Under the pieces are notes generated by a model. The model made no database searches. It saw nothing but the letters and a program-made list of their open reading frames with translations, and was not told where the DNA came from. Source: Squalus acanthias (taxonomy: Eukaryota). Taken from it: 64,000 bases of DNA. Location of the stretch: NCBI GenBank assembly GCA_030390025.1, contig CM059432.1, forward strand, positions 13,082,001 through 13,146,000, written 5' to 3'. This document shows, piece by piece, positions 51,096 through 61,602 of this stretch. A program made the translations under genes and the position numbers. Positions within the stretch are counted from its first letter, which is position 1. Every line of letters starts with the position of its first letter.

Positions 51096-52834
51096 TACTG
51101 TAGATCAATATTCAGTTCATAATGAACTACATAATAGACGGAGCATGGAAAAATTACAAAGAAGAAAGAATAGTTGGATGGCTGCACTCTTTAGTCTAGT
51201 ACCATCTTAGTTTCAATTTAATATTGTAAGCTTTTATGTTAAATGCTTTATCGGACACCAAAGCTATCAAAAATTAAATGGATAAATTCTAGCATAAGCT
51301 GGTTCTCAAGAGCCAAAGCATCCAATGGTAGCACTGGGAAGCATTGTGCCATATCTGCCCTACTTGAAACACCAAGTGTTGGCTGCACAGCCCAAAGTTT
51401 CTCCAGTTACTACAAAGCAATTAAACCCTTTGATGTGCCTTCCATCCAGATCTTGTAAATGACCATGGGCATGAAAACAAATAATAGCAAAACATCCCAA
51501 CTAAGAAAATGTACACGCCAATAGCATTTAACACTCCTTCAAAATATTGACAATTTTTAAGATCAGAAAATTCCACTATTGCATTTTGGGGTTTATACTT
51601 TAGATATTTTTCTTGGGTTTAGCATCCCGCATCACTCCCATAGGTGAGCGCTCACTCCCTATGGCTCTCAGGACACCTATACCTGTCCAATATCTAGGTA
51701 ATTTGTAGCATGCCCAGGGATCAAAGAGTTACTATATTTCACTTACTGGTTATATCACATATCCTCACATGACCGTCCTAGACTTTGGAAGGCTGTAGAA
51801 TAAACTTCACTAAACTGTGGCTTAGGCTGTAACTGCCGGATTGATGAAATAGCAAATGGAGAAGTAAACAAAAGCATGGCACGCAAGATTTACAGTAGAT
51901 ACTGGTTAACTTACAAGGATAACTTGGACCTCCTCCACGCCAAACTTTCTCCTCTCCCTGTAGGGGCTTCCCGATTCCCCACTCAATACTTCCCGGAGGC
52001 GATAGTCGTGGGTCCTCAGCAGTAGCCCGAGACCCGCCCCACCTCATGACTTTTGACGCCCGCCCACAAGCAGTGACATCATCCCTGCCAGCTTCAGGCA
52101 GGAGTCAGTGTTGGAATGCCTTAATGAGGTCCCGGTTAAAATAGTCCGGGCCTTGCACGCCAGGGGTCCACGCGGTTATCTGTCAGCTTCAGCCCCCGCA
52201 CGCACGATGCCCGCCCCCAGTGAAAATCCGCCCTTCTGTCTCTGATCAACATTACCTTCAAGTACAGAGGCCATATACATAGTTAAAACTTGCCACGGTG
52301 TCTACTGTGATAGTCCACATCCTATTAGCTGTTCAAAAGAACATTAAAATTTTGCCACCAATGCCATATGTTTGGGTCAAGATGGAAATGAGGAGGAATG
52401 AGACATTTATGTCATTAACTATAGCAGCATAGTCTTGCTACTAATTTGTTCCTTGAAAAGCAGCAGAGCTAGTCATAAGCATCAAGTACAAGTTAGTTGA
52501 TGGCTAGGTCTGGTAATTTTGGGCTTATGGTCCCTGAAAATGGACACCATCCTTTGAGGAAGGAGTGACAGGCGTAGCAAATTTTTCGGCCACAATTTGT
52601 TCATAAAAACATAAGAATTAGGAGCAGGAGTAGGCCATCCGCCCTTCGAGCCTGCTCCGCCGTTCAATAAGATCATGGTTGATCTTCGACCTCAACTCCA
52701 CTTTCCCGCCCGATCCCCATATCCCTTGATTCCCCTAGAGTCCAAAAGTCTATCGATCTCAGTCTTGAATATACTCAACAACTCAGCATCCACAGTCCTT
52801 TGGTATAAAGAATTCCAAAGAGTCACAAAGATAC

Positions 52835-53235
52835 GGGTATGGTAGCATAGTGGTAATGTTACTGGACTAGTAATCCAGAGGCCTGGACTAATGATCCGGA
52901 GACATGAGTTTAAATCCCACCACAGTAGCTGGGGAATTTAAATTCAGTTAATTAAATAAATCTGGAATAAAAAGCTAGTATCAGTAATGGTGACCATGAA
53001 AGTACCGGATTGTCATAAAAACCCATCTGGTTCTCTAATGTCCTTTAGGGAAGTAAATCTGCCGTCCTTACCTGGTCTGGCCTATATGTGACTCCAGACC
53101 CACAGCAATGTGGTTGACTCTTAACTGCCCTCTGAAATGGCCCAGCAAGCCACTCAGTTGTATCAAAGGGAAAGTAGGGATAGGCAATAAATGCTGGCAT
53201 TGCTAGCGACGCCCACATCCCATGAATGAATAAAA
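52835..53235 (+). mobile_element. HE1-like SINE
   Basis: Paralogue of 22304-22718. Confidence 0.82.
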
Positions 53236-53299
53236 CCCTCAGTGAAGAAATTTCATCTCATCTCAGTCTTAAATGGCCGACCCCTCATCCGGAGACTGT

Positions 53300-54143
53300 G
53301 GGGGAGAAATTTGGTATCGCCCCGTTTGGGGCGCAATTATCGGCCGGGCACAAAGTTTAGCGCCTGGTGCTAATTATCGCCTCCGACTGCAAACTTGGCT
53401 TCTATCACCCCTGGAGGTGATTGGAGCGCTAAATCAGGCAGTACACCCCTCTCTTAAGGCGCTAATGCCGAGGAGTGAGGCGCTACCTCAGAGCACTGGC
53501 GAAGCTCAGCTGATGTCAGTCAGCAATGGAACACAGACACACTGGCCAGTTGTTAAAGGGGAGGGTCGATCTTGCTCTCCATCCACTCCCTGCTCATTGC
53601 AGCCTTGAATCTCGGCCTGGGGAGACCTGCACATCAATTCTGCAGGAAAGAACAATGGAGAGACCCAGGGAAAGAGCTGAGTGCAGCCCCCATAGTCTCT
53701 TCTAAATCGATGCAAGGAAGGTCAAATCAAAATGAACCTGCAAAGTGCTGCTCAGTACCCAAAACTCCTTCACACAGCGTTGAACCTCTCCAGAATGCGT
53801 GGTGCAAAAATGTCGCCAACAAAAAAAGGCAGGAAGCGGTCGCCTTTAAATGGCGCTCCCCCAGTCCCATCCCGACTGCAAAGCGTTCCCCTCAACCTGT
53901 CGTTGCTAGCGGCAGGCGGAAAGGCAGGGGGCGCCACTCAATATCCGGTCCGGGGCGCTGCACACTCGACTGACGTCGTCACGATCTGCGGGCGCAGGAG
54001 ATCGTGGCGGTAGTGTTTAGCGCCGCCGCAAAATGTCTGGTCAATTTTGCGAGAGGCGCAAACATCGCCGTGCCCGGGCACTAGTTGCTTTGCACCCCAT
54101 TAAGGCGCTAACGGGAGGCGCAAAGCAACCAAATTTTTCCCCC
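53300..54143 (-). mobile_element. Non-autonomous PIF/Harbinger MITE
   Basis: Ends GGGGGAGAAATT and AATTTTTCCCCC, flanks TGT and TAT; paralogue of 18015-18897. Confidence 0.85.
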
Positions 54144-54662
54144 TATGTCCCTAGTTCTAGACTCTCCAGCCAGGGGAAACAACCTTTCAGCATCTACCCT
54201 GTCAATCCCTCCTAGAATCTTATGTTTCAATGAGATCACCCCTCCCTCATTCTTCTAAACTCCAGAGTATAGGCCCAATCTACTCAATGCATTGGTAATG
54301 ACATTAAAAGATACAAGGGAATAAGACTGTTGATATCAGAAGCAATCCAAAAATTCTTACATTAAGATTAAATAAATGAGCTTGGTAAAATTACTACAAG
54401 ACTAGGTAATTTTCTTAAATGCTTTCTTTAAATCAGTTTTCACATGAAGATTGAACAAATTTCTCAACCTGTCCTTTTGGTTCAGGCATCTACAACATAT
54501 ATACTTATGAAAAGAAAGGCATTATTAAGAAACTCAAGATTTTAACCTCTGCAGGGCACCCAAGCCAAATCTTGGGATACCTCCAAGAAAATGACTAAGT
54601 AAACAATATAAAGTTCTGGTTGATATTTGACACTGATAAATAAATGGATGGATCCAAGAATA

Positions 54663-54947
54663 GATTTTAGGTGATTGGCAGAAGAACCAAATGTAACATG
54701 AGGAAAAACCTTTTGACGCAGCAAGTGGTTAGGATCGGGAATGCACTGTCTAAAAGGGTGGTGGAGGCAGATACCATCGTGGCTTTCAAAAGGGAATTGG
54801 ATTAAGTAGCTGAAGGAAAAAAAATTTGCAGGGCGACGGGAAAAGGGCGGGGGAGTGGGACTAGCTTAAGTGCTCTTGCAGAGAGCTGGCACGGGCTCGA
54901 TGGGCCGAGTGGCCTCCTTCTGTGCTGTAAACCATTCTATGATTCTA
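54663..54947 (+). mobile_element. CR1 3' fragment
   Basis: Matches 29040-29320; attctatgattct tail. Confidence 0.8.
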
Positions 54948-55409
54948 ATAGGAAACTAGCAATTGTCATCTCCAACTTTAAAAGGAATGAAGCATCAACC
55001 CAAAATTTCAGATTGATTAGTCCAACGCTTCTAGTGTGAAAAACACTTGCACATTTTTAGAAATGCTACTGAATATTTTTCAAAGAGTACAAATCTCAGT
55101 CACAGCATGGATCTACTGGAATTCTTTGAGCTACTGAAATTAATTAAGAATTATCCAGTAATTTAGTTGGATTTTCAGAAGCATTTATTCTACTCGTGTG
55201 TCTTTTAAAAGACCATTAAACCTCATGACTAAATGACAAATTAGCTAGCTGGGTTAAAAACTGGCTTCGCAATAGACAGCAGAAGGCAATAAAAGAAGTG
55301 CTCTTCTGAACAATGACTATTGAAACTACAAACAGATGGGTCTTCAGCCCCGTTATTCCCATTACTCAGAGAAGGCTAATTCTAACAGTGTTGCAAGTAG
55401 ATATTAATT

Positions 55410-56130
55410 ATCAGGGCAATTGTTAGCATTCAAGGTGATCCTGACAAATTAAAGTAGACGTGCTAAGGAATGAGGGATGCATTTTAATGAGAATATAAAC
55501 ATAAGGTAATATATGTTGAAACATGAAACACTGCTATGCTACTAGCAAAGGTAGAAAGTGAAAAGAATCTTTTAGTCTTTGTATTGAATTACTTAACTAG
55601 AATAAAGCACTCTCGCACTTCACTTCAGCTGGGAGGGCGAGATTGAACATTGCCATCAGCTTTTGTTAAATGCTTCATCTCGTGAGCCAGCTAGAAGTTA
55701 CAGGATCTTTCCAAATGACGTGAGGATTATGGGCTTGAATTTTGCCTAGAGTATTTGTGTGCTTCCACTAGAATTATGGGGCCTGCCTTCTAAGCCCTGG
55801 TCCAAATTTGTAATAGGTTTTATTCTAGAGCAGTGGCTGTTGTTGAAATTAAAATTCAGAATTTTTGACTTGTCACCTGCCTTTAAGTCCAGCTTCATTG
55901 GTTTCACATACCTGCCTTTAAGTCCAGCTTCATTGGTTTCACATCAACTATGTGACTAGTTAATAGCCCAAAATTCTTTTCACTTTCTACCTTTGCTAGT
56001 AGCATAGCAGTGTTTCATGTTTCAACATATATTACCTTATATTTATATTCTCATTAAAATGCATCCCTCATTCCTTAGCCTGTCTACTTTAATTTGTCAG
56101 ATCACCTTGAATGCTAACAATTGCCCTGAT
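55410..56130. repeat. About 158-bp inverted duplication with a ~400-bp spacer
   Basis: 55410-55568 is the near-perfect reverse complement of 55973-56130; the spacer has a 35-bp tandem duplication (55875-55944). Confidence 0.9.
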
Positions 56131-56945
56131 GTTAACTGCAACTGTTTGGTTCAGTGCCAAAAATTCTTTCCCATTTCTGCTAAAAATGTACAGAATTATG
56201 GCATAAAATTTCCACTACCACTATTCCTACTTGATTCAGCATCTGACTGGTGTTATTTTTTACCTCACCACTGAAGCAATCAATAAACCAGCAGTAGGTG
56301 AAAAAGTTCAGGTAGTACTGTATGAGCAACATTTCTACGGCAATTGCTGCATTGAGACGGCATCACAAAGTGGGACAATTTAGTCAAGAATCTACAGCTT
56401 TTACAGCAAATTCTAGCAACTTTTTTCACTATATGCAATTCAACAATTACAGTAATACCAACTGCACCTAGAGAAACTTCAAATAGCAACAGCATTACCC
56501 TTTCACAAAAAATGGAAATAAATTGGACTCTGTTGAACCAATTAAGCATGCCCTACACTTTGAAGATAACCTTATCTATCAAGAATATACAGTAATCCAC
56601 AGAGCCTACTTTTTCATCCAATCTTCACTTTCTAATTGAAACATGCAGAGCAATACAAGTAACATCTAGAAACTGCAGCAAAGTCAGCCTGTCTACCTCT
56701 AACATGATGCTGACTGATCACCAGCACGGCATTAGGTTAGGTATGGGTATTGGGAAGAATTTGTAAAGATCACTAATTGTAGTCAGTAAAACTTTATGAA
56801 GTACACAAAACAGAGGTGGAACAAACTGATTTTTGTTTTTTAAAACACAGGTTTTACAAATCTTAGAATTAGTAGTACTGGCTGTTGGAGAATGCAGTAA
56901 ATACTTTCGCTCTTTTAATCCTTACTGATAAAATGTAATACTTAC

Positions 56946-57049
56946 TACTGCCTCCATGTCTGCAGCGCCAGGCGGAGCATAGACTGTCTGTACCATGAAT
57001 TTGTGTTTGCTTTTCTCATTGGGATCATAGTCAAATGGCTGTAACATTA
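56946..57049 (-). CDS. VAPA: VAPA(-like) MSP-domain exon (104 nt)
   Basis: tccctctccag acceptor, (V)[34 protein letters not shown], gtaag donor; upstream exons lie outside the window. Confidence 0.95.
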
Positions 57050-57708
57050 CTGGAGAGGGAAAACAGAAGTGTTAGTTTTGAGAAGGCCAGGGGGTTGGTT
57101 CTTAATTTGAACATTTAAAAACTGTTAGCGCATGAAGTAACTGTTGCCCCTCCCGTTAGTTTAAATACTATTCAAGTGATGATGATAAATAAAGTAGCTG
57201 CCTAGCCCTGGTGTTGCCATTAAGTCTCCAGTCTAGATACCGGTAAGTGGTGCATTGATTCCCTTAATCTGTCTAAAAATGTAACTACAGCAGTGCGAGT
57301 ACACGAATAGCTAGTACTAAGAATCAGATAACAAACTTCTGATGAACAACCACTACCACTGGCAGTGCTTTTAAGTTTCAGTTCTCATTTTCTGCCAGGC
57401 ATGAACAAGCAAACAGCTGGAATTGGCACTGAAATTCAGTATACAAGCTGGTTACACATTGCCATCCACTGGCAAGAATCAATTTGAAGACCAAAATACA
57501 AATGAACATTTTTTCTTCGGTGGTCCGGAATAAATGGGGGGGAAAAAAGACCCGAACCTCAGAATATCCATGAAATACAAGACCACTGGAAGGTGTTTTA
57601 CATACTTACACACAAAATAGTATACTTGATCACTCAGGCAAGCAACTGAAAATGCTGGGAATAGACAGCAAGTCTGTACGCATCGATAATGGCAAAATAA
57701 ATGTTCAC

Positions 57709-57870
57709 CAATGTTCCCTTTAATTTTTTTTGGGTGCGCGGCCCCTTTAACGGGCTGCACATCCCATTCGAATACCCGCACCGGCGCGTTTCTTCCTACT
57801 TAAAAGCCAATACGCCAGCTGCGCAGGAGCTTGGACAGCTGTGCGGCCGCACAGCTTAACGGGAACATTG
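57709..57870. mobile_element. hAT-type MITE (162 bp)
   Basis: TIR CAATGTTCCC/GGGAACATTG and a perfect 8-bp TSD ATGTTCAC (57701-57708 and 57871-57878). Confidence 0.88.
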
Positions 57871-58683
57871 ATGTTCACCCTTCCATATCCAGAAGGGTCC
57901 ACACGAAAAATCTTTTCTCTTTACAGTTGTGATTGAGCTGGCGTGTATTTCAGCATTTTCTGTTTTTATTTCAGATTTCCAGTTTCTTGCCATCAGGTTA
58001 GTAACTGATATTATCTCAAGACCACACTTCAGTACACCAGGTTAGAAACTGATACCAGCACTCCTAGAATCATAGAATGGTTACAGCACAGGAGGCCATT
58101 TGGCCCATCGAGTCCGTGCCGGCTCTCTGCAACAGCACTCCAGCTAGTCCCACTCCCCCGCCCCTTCCCTGTAGCCCTGCAAATTCCTTCAGGTACTTAT
58201 CCAATTCCATTTTGAAAGCCATGATTGGATCTGCCTCCACCACCCTTTCAGGCAGTGCATTCCAGATCCTAACCACTCGCTGCATAAAAAAGTTTTTCCT
58301 CATGTCACCTTTGGTTCTTCTGCCAATCACCTTAAATCTGTGTCCTCTAGTTCGCAACCCTTCCGCCAATGGAAAACAGTTTCTCTCTATCTACTCAGTC
58401 AAGATCCCCCCATGATTTTGAACACCTCTATCAGATCTCCTCTCAACCTTCTCTGCTCTAAGGAAAACAACCCCAGCTTATACAGTCTATCCACGTAACT
58501 GAAGTCCTTCATCCCTGGAACAATTCTTGTAAATCTTTTCTGCACTCTCTCTAAGGCCTTCACATCCTTCCTAAAGTGCAGTGCCCAAAACTGGACACAA
58601 TACTCCAGTTGAGGCCGAACCAGTGTTTTATAAAGGTTCATCATAACTTGCTTGCTTTTGTACTCTATGCCTCTATTCATGAT

Positions 58684-59706
58684 AACATAAACAAGTTCCA
58701 TCCCACCATCAAACTCACCATGGACTACTCCTCAGAATCGGTCTCATTCCTGGACACACGAATCTCCATCAAAGACGGACACCTCAGCACTTCACTCTAC
58801 CGCAAGCCCACGGACAACCTCACGATGCTCCACTTCTCCAGCTTCCACCCTAACCATGTTAAAGAAGCCATCCCCTATGGACAAGCCCTGCGAATACACA
58901 GGATCTGCTCAGACGAGGAGGAACGCGATGGACACCTACGGACGCTGAAAAACGCCCTCGTAAGAACGGGATATGACGCTCGACTCATCGATCGACAGTT
59001 CCGACGGGCCACAGCGAAAAATCGCATAGACCTCCTCAGAAGGCAAACACGGGACACAACCAACAGGGTACCCTACGTCGTCCAGTACTTCCCCGGAGCG
59101 GAGAAACTACGACATGTTCTTCGCAGCCTTCAACATGTCATCGATGACGACAAACACCTCGCTAAGGCCATCCCCACGCCTCCACTACTTGCCTTCAAAC
59201 AGCCGCCTAACCTCAGAAGTGCCATCGTTCGCAGCAAATTACCCAGCTTTCAGGATAACAGCGACCACGACACCACACAACCCTGCCATGGCAAACTCTG
59301 CAAGACATGCCAGATCATCAACACAGATACCACCATCACACGTGAGGACACTACCCACCAGGTACATGGTACATACTCATGTGACTCGGCCAACGTTGTC
59401 TACCTCATACGTTGCAGGAAAGAATGCACCGCGGCATGGTACATCGGCGAGACCATGCAGACACTGAGACAACGTATGAACGAGCACCGCGCAACAATCG
59501 CCAGGCAGGATTGTTACCTCCCAGTCGGGGAACACTTCAGCAGTCAAGGACATTCAGCCTCGGATCTGCGGGTAAGCGTTCTCCAAGGCAACCTTAGAAA
59601 CACACGACAACGCAAAATCATCGAGCAGAAACGGATAGCCAAGTTCTGCACTCATGAAGACGGTCTCAATCGGGATCTTGGGTTTATGTCACGATACATG
59701 ACGTGA
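58684..59706 (+). CDS. Penelope RT C-terminus/thumb plus GIY-YIG endonuclease (partial, uninterrupted)
   Basis: VSFLD...LYRKPTD...SFHP; Cys linker CHGKLCKTC; NVVYLIRC...YIGET...R.RMNEHR; HF...GH; GLN. Confidence 0.9.
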   Translation, partial: NINKFHPTIKLTMDYSSESVSFLDTRISIKDGHLSTSLYRKPTDNLTMLHFSSFHPNHVKEAIPYGQALRIHRICSDEEERDGHLRTLKNALVRTGYDARLIDRQFRRATAKNRIDLLRRQTRDTTNRVPYVVQYFPGAEKLRHVLRSLQHVIDDDKHLAKAIPTPPLLAFKQPPNLRSAIVRSKLPSFQDNSDHDTTQPCHGKLCKTCQIINTDTTITREDTTHQVHGTYSCDSANVVYLIRCRKECTAAWYIGETMQTLRQRMNEHRATIARQDCYLPVGEHFSSQGHSASDLRVSVLQGNLRNTRQRKIIEQKRIAKFCTHEDGLNRDLGFMSRYMT

Positions 59707-60039
59707 TCCGGACTCGAGTCGTCGTTAGCTTGTTCACAGATGTGATTCCCAGTAAAAAAGTAAAAATTTTCCCAGTAAAAAAGTAAATTTTTTTTTTAAG
59801 CTTTTCGTTTTACATACAGACGGCAGCTTTTGACACGTTAGAACCCCTGCGACTTCACCTCATTGTCTCAGTTGTATCTTGCTATGTCTTTTGATGTGGT
59901 ACCTTCCTGGCTGACTTAATTAACTTTATCACACCTCGGCAGATAGTCAGGATGATTTAATTTATTGGTCTGCAATTGTAAAGTACACATGCTTTTTTTT
60001 CCATCTATATATGCTCTGACGATTCTGTATCCAATTTAC

Positions 60040-60078
60040 TTCACCTGAGGAAGGAGCGATAGTTCCGAAAGCTTGTGA
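60040..60078 (+). ncRNA. Minimal type-I hammerhead ribozyme motif
   Basis: uucac-CUGAGGA-a-ggagc(gaua)guucc-GAA-AGCU-U-guga, followed by AATAAA at 60084. Confidence 0.72.
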
Positions 60079-61602
60079 TTTCAAATAAAACTGTTGGACT
60101 CTAACCTGGTGTTGTGCGACCTCTCAATTCTATTCATGAAGCCCAGGATCCCATATGCTTTTTTTAACCGCTTTCTCAACCTGCCCTGCCACCTTCAACG
60201 ATTTGTGTATATATACCCCCAGGTCTCTCTGTTCATGCACCCCCTTTAGGATTGTACCCTTTTGTTTATATTACCTCTCCTCGTTCTTCTCTCCTCGTTC
60301 TTCTTACCAAAATGTATCACTTAGCACTTTTATGCATTAAATTTTTCTGCATTAAATTTCATCTACCACATATCTGCCCATTCCACCAGTCTGTCTATGT
60401 TCTCTTGAAGTCTATCACTATTCTCCTCACTGTTCACTATACTTCCAAGTTTTGTGTCATCTGCAAATTTTGAAATTGTGCCCTGTACACCCACATCCAA
60501 GTCATTAATATATATATCAAGAAAAGCAGTGGTCCCAGTACCGACCCCTGGGGATCACCACTGTATACCTTCCTCCAGTCCAAAAAACAACCATTCATCA
60601 CTCTGTTTCCTGTCACTTAGCCAATTTCGTATCATGCTGCCACTGTTCCTTTTATTCCATAGGCTTCAACTTTGCTGGCAAGCCTATTATGTGGCACTTT
60701 ATCAAACGCCTTTTGGAAGTCCATGTATACCCCGTCAACCGTACTGCCCTCATCAACCCTCTCTGTTACCTCATCAAAAAACTCAATCAAGTTAGTTAAA
60801 CACAATTTGCCTTTAACAAATTCGTGCTGGCTTTCCTTAATTAATCCACACTTGTCCAAGTGACTGTTCATTTTGTCCTGGATTATCGTTTCTAAAAGCC
60901 TCCCAACCAGAGATTAAACTGACTGGGTTTATCCTTACGTCCTTTTTTGAACAAGGGTGCAACATTTGTAATTCTCCAGTCCTCTGACACCACCCCCCGT
61001 ATCTAAGGAGGATTGGGCGATTATGGCCAGTACCTCCGCAATTTCCACCTTTACTTCCCTCAGCATCCTAGGATGCATCCCATCTGGTCCTGGTGACTTA
61101 TCTACTTTAAGAACAGCCAGCCTTTCTAGTACCTCCTCTATCAATTTTTAGCCCATCCAGTATCTCCACTACCTCCTCTTTCACTATGACTTTGGCAGCA
61201 TCTTCTTCCTTGGTGAAGACAGATGCAAAGTACTCATTTTGTACCTCAGCCGTGCCCTCTGCCTTCATGTGTAGGTCTCCTTTTTGGTCCCTAATCAGCC
61301 CCACTCCTCCTCTTACTGTGAAGGAATAAGCCATATAACCTATTCAGAAAAATACACCATCTTATGAAAGAATTCTGGCCTTATTAAAACATGGCAAACT
61401 GGGTTTGGAAATTTAGAAACCTAACTATGAAATAGCTATGAAAGCATTCTGGCTATTGAGATAAGATAGTTGTTGACACTGAATCAATAACCTTATTGAA
61501 ACAGAAGGTGAAGGGCTCAGACAGGCTGACCTTTGGGGAAAAAAAACAATGGTTCACCCTGGATGAGGTGTTCTAATTTTCACTTCGTAAAGAAGCACAT
61601 AA

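Larger units (their letters stand above)
52603..54287 (-). mobile_element. CR1 3' fragment carrying two nested insertions
   Basis: CR1 pieces at 52603-52830, 53236-53299 and 54144-54287 are collinear around a SINE and a MITE. Confidence 0.8.
58683..60128 (+). mobile_element. 5'-truncated Penelope-like retroelement (Neptune-type)
   Basis: 11-bp TSD TCTATTCATGA (58672-58682 and 60129-60139); ORF followed by a pLTR with a hammerhead motif and AATAAA. Confidence 0.93.
58066..61317 (-). mobile_element. CR1 LINE (degraded ORF2) split by a Penelope insertion
   Basis: RT motifs VDKSPGPDG, YMDFQKAFDKVPH and LVRPQLEYCVQFW lie on both sides of 58683-60128. Confidence 0.9.

Noticed and set aside
58576..58683. 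N-terminus of the 376-aa ORF
   Set aside because: This is antisense CR1 sequence read through by chance; Penelope coding sequence begins at the TSD
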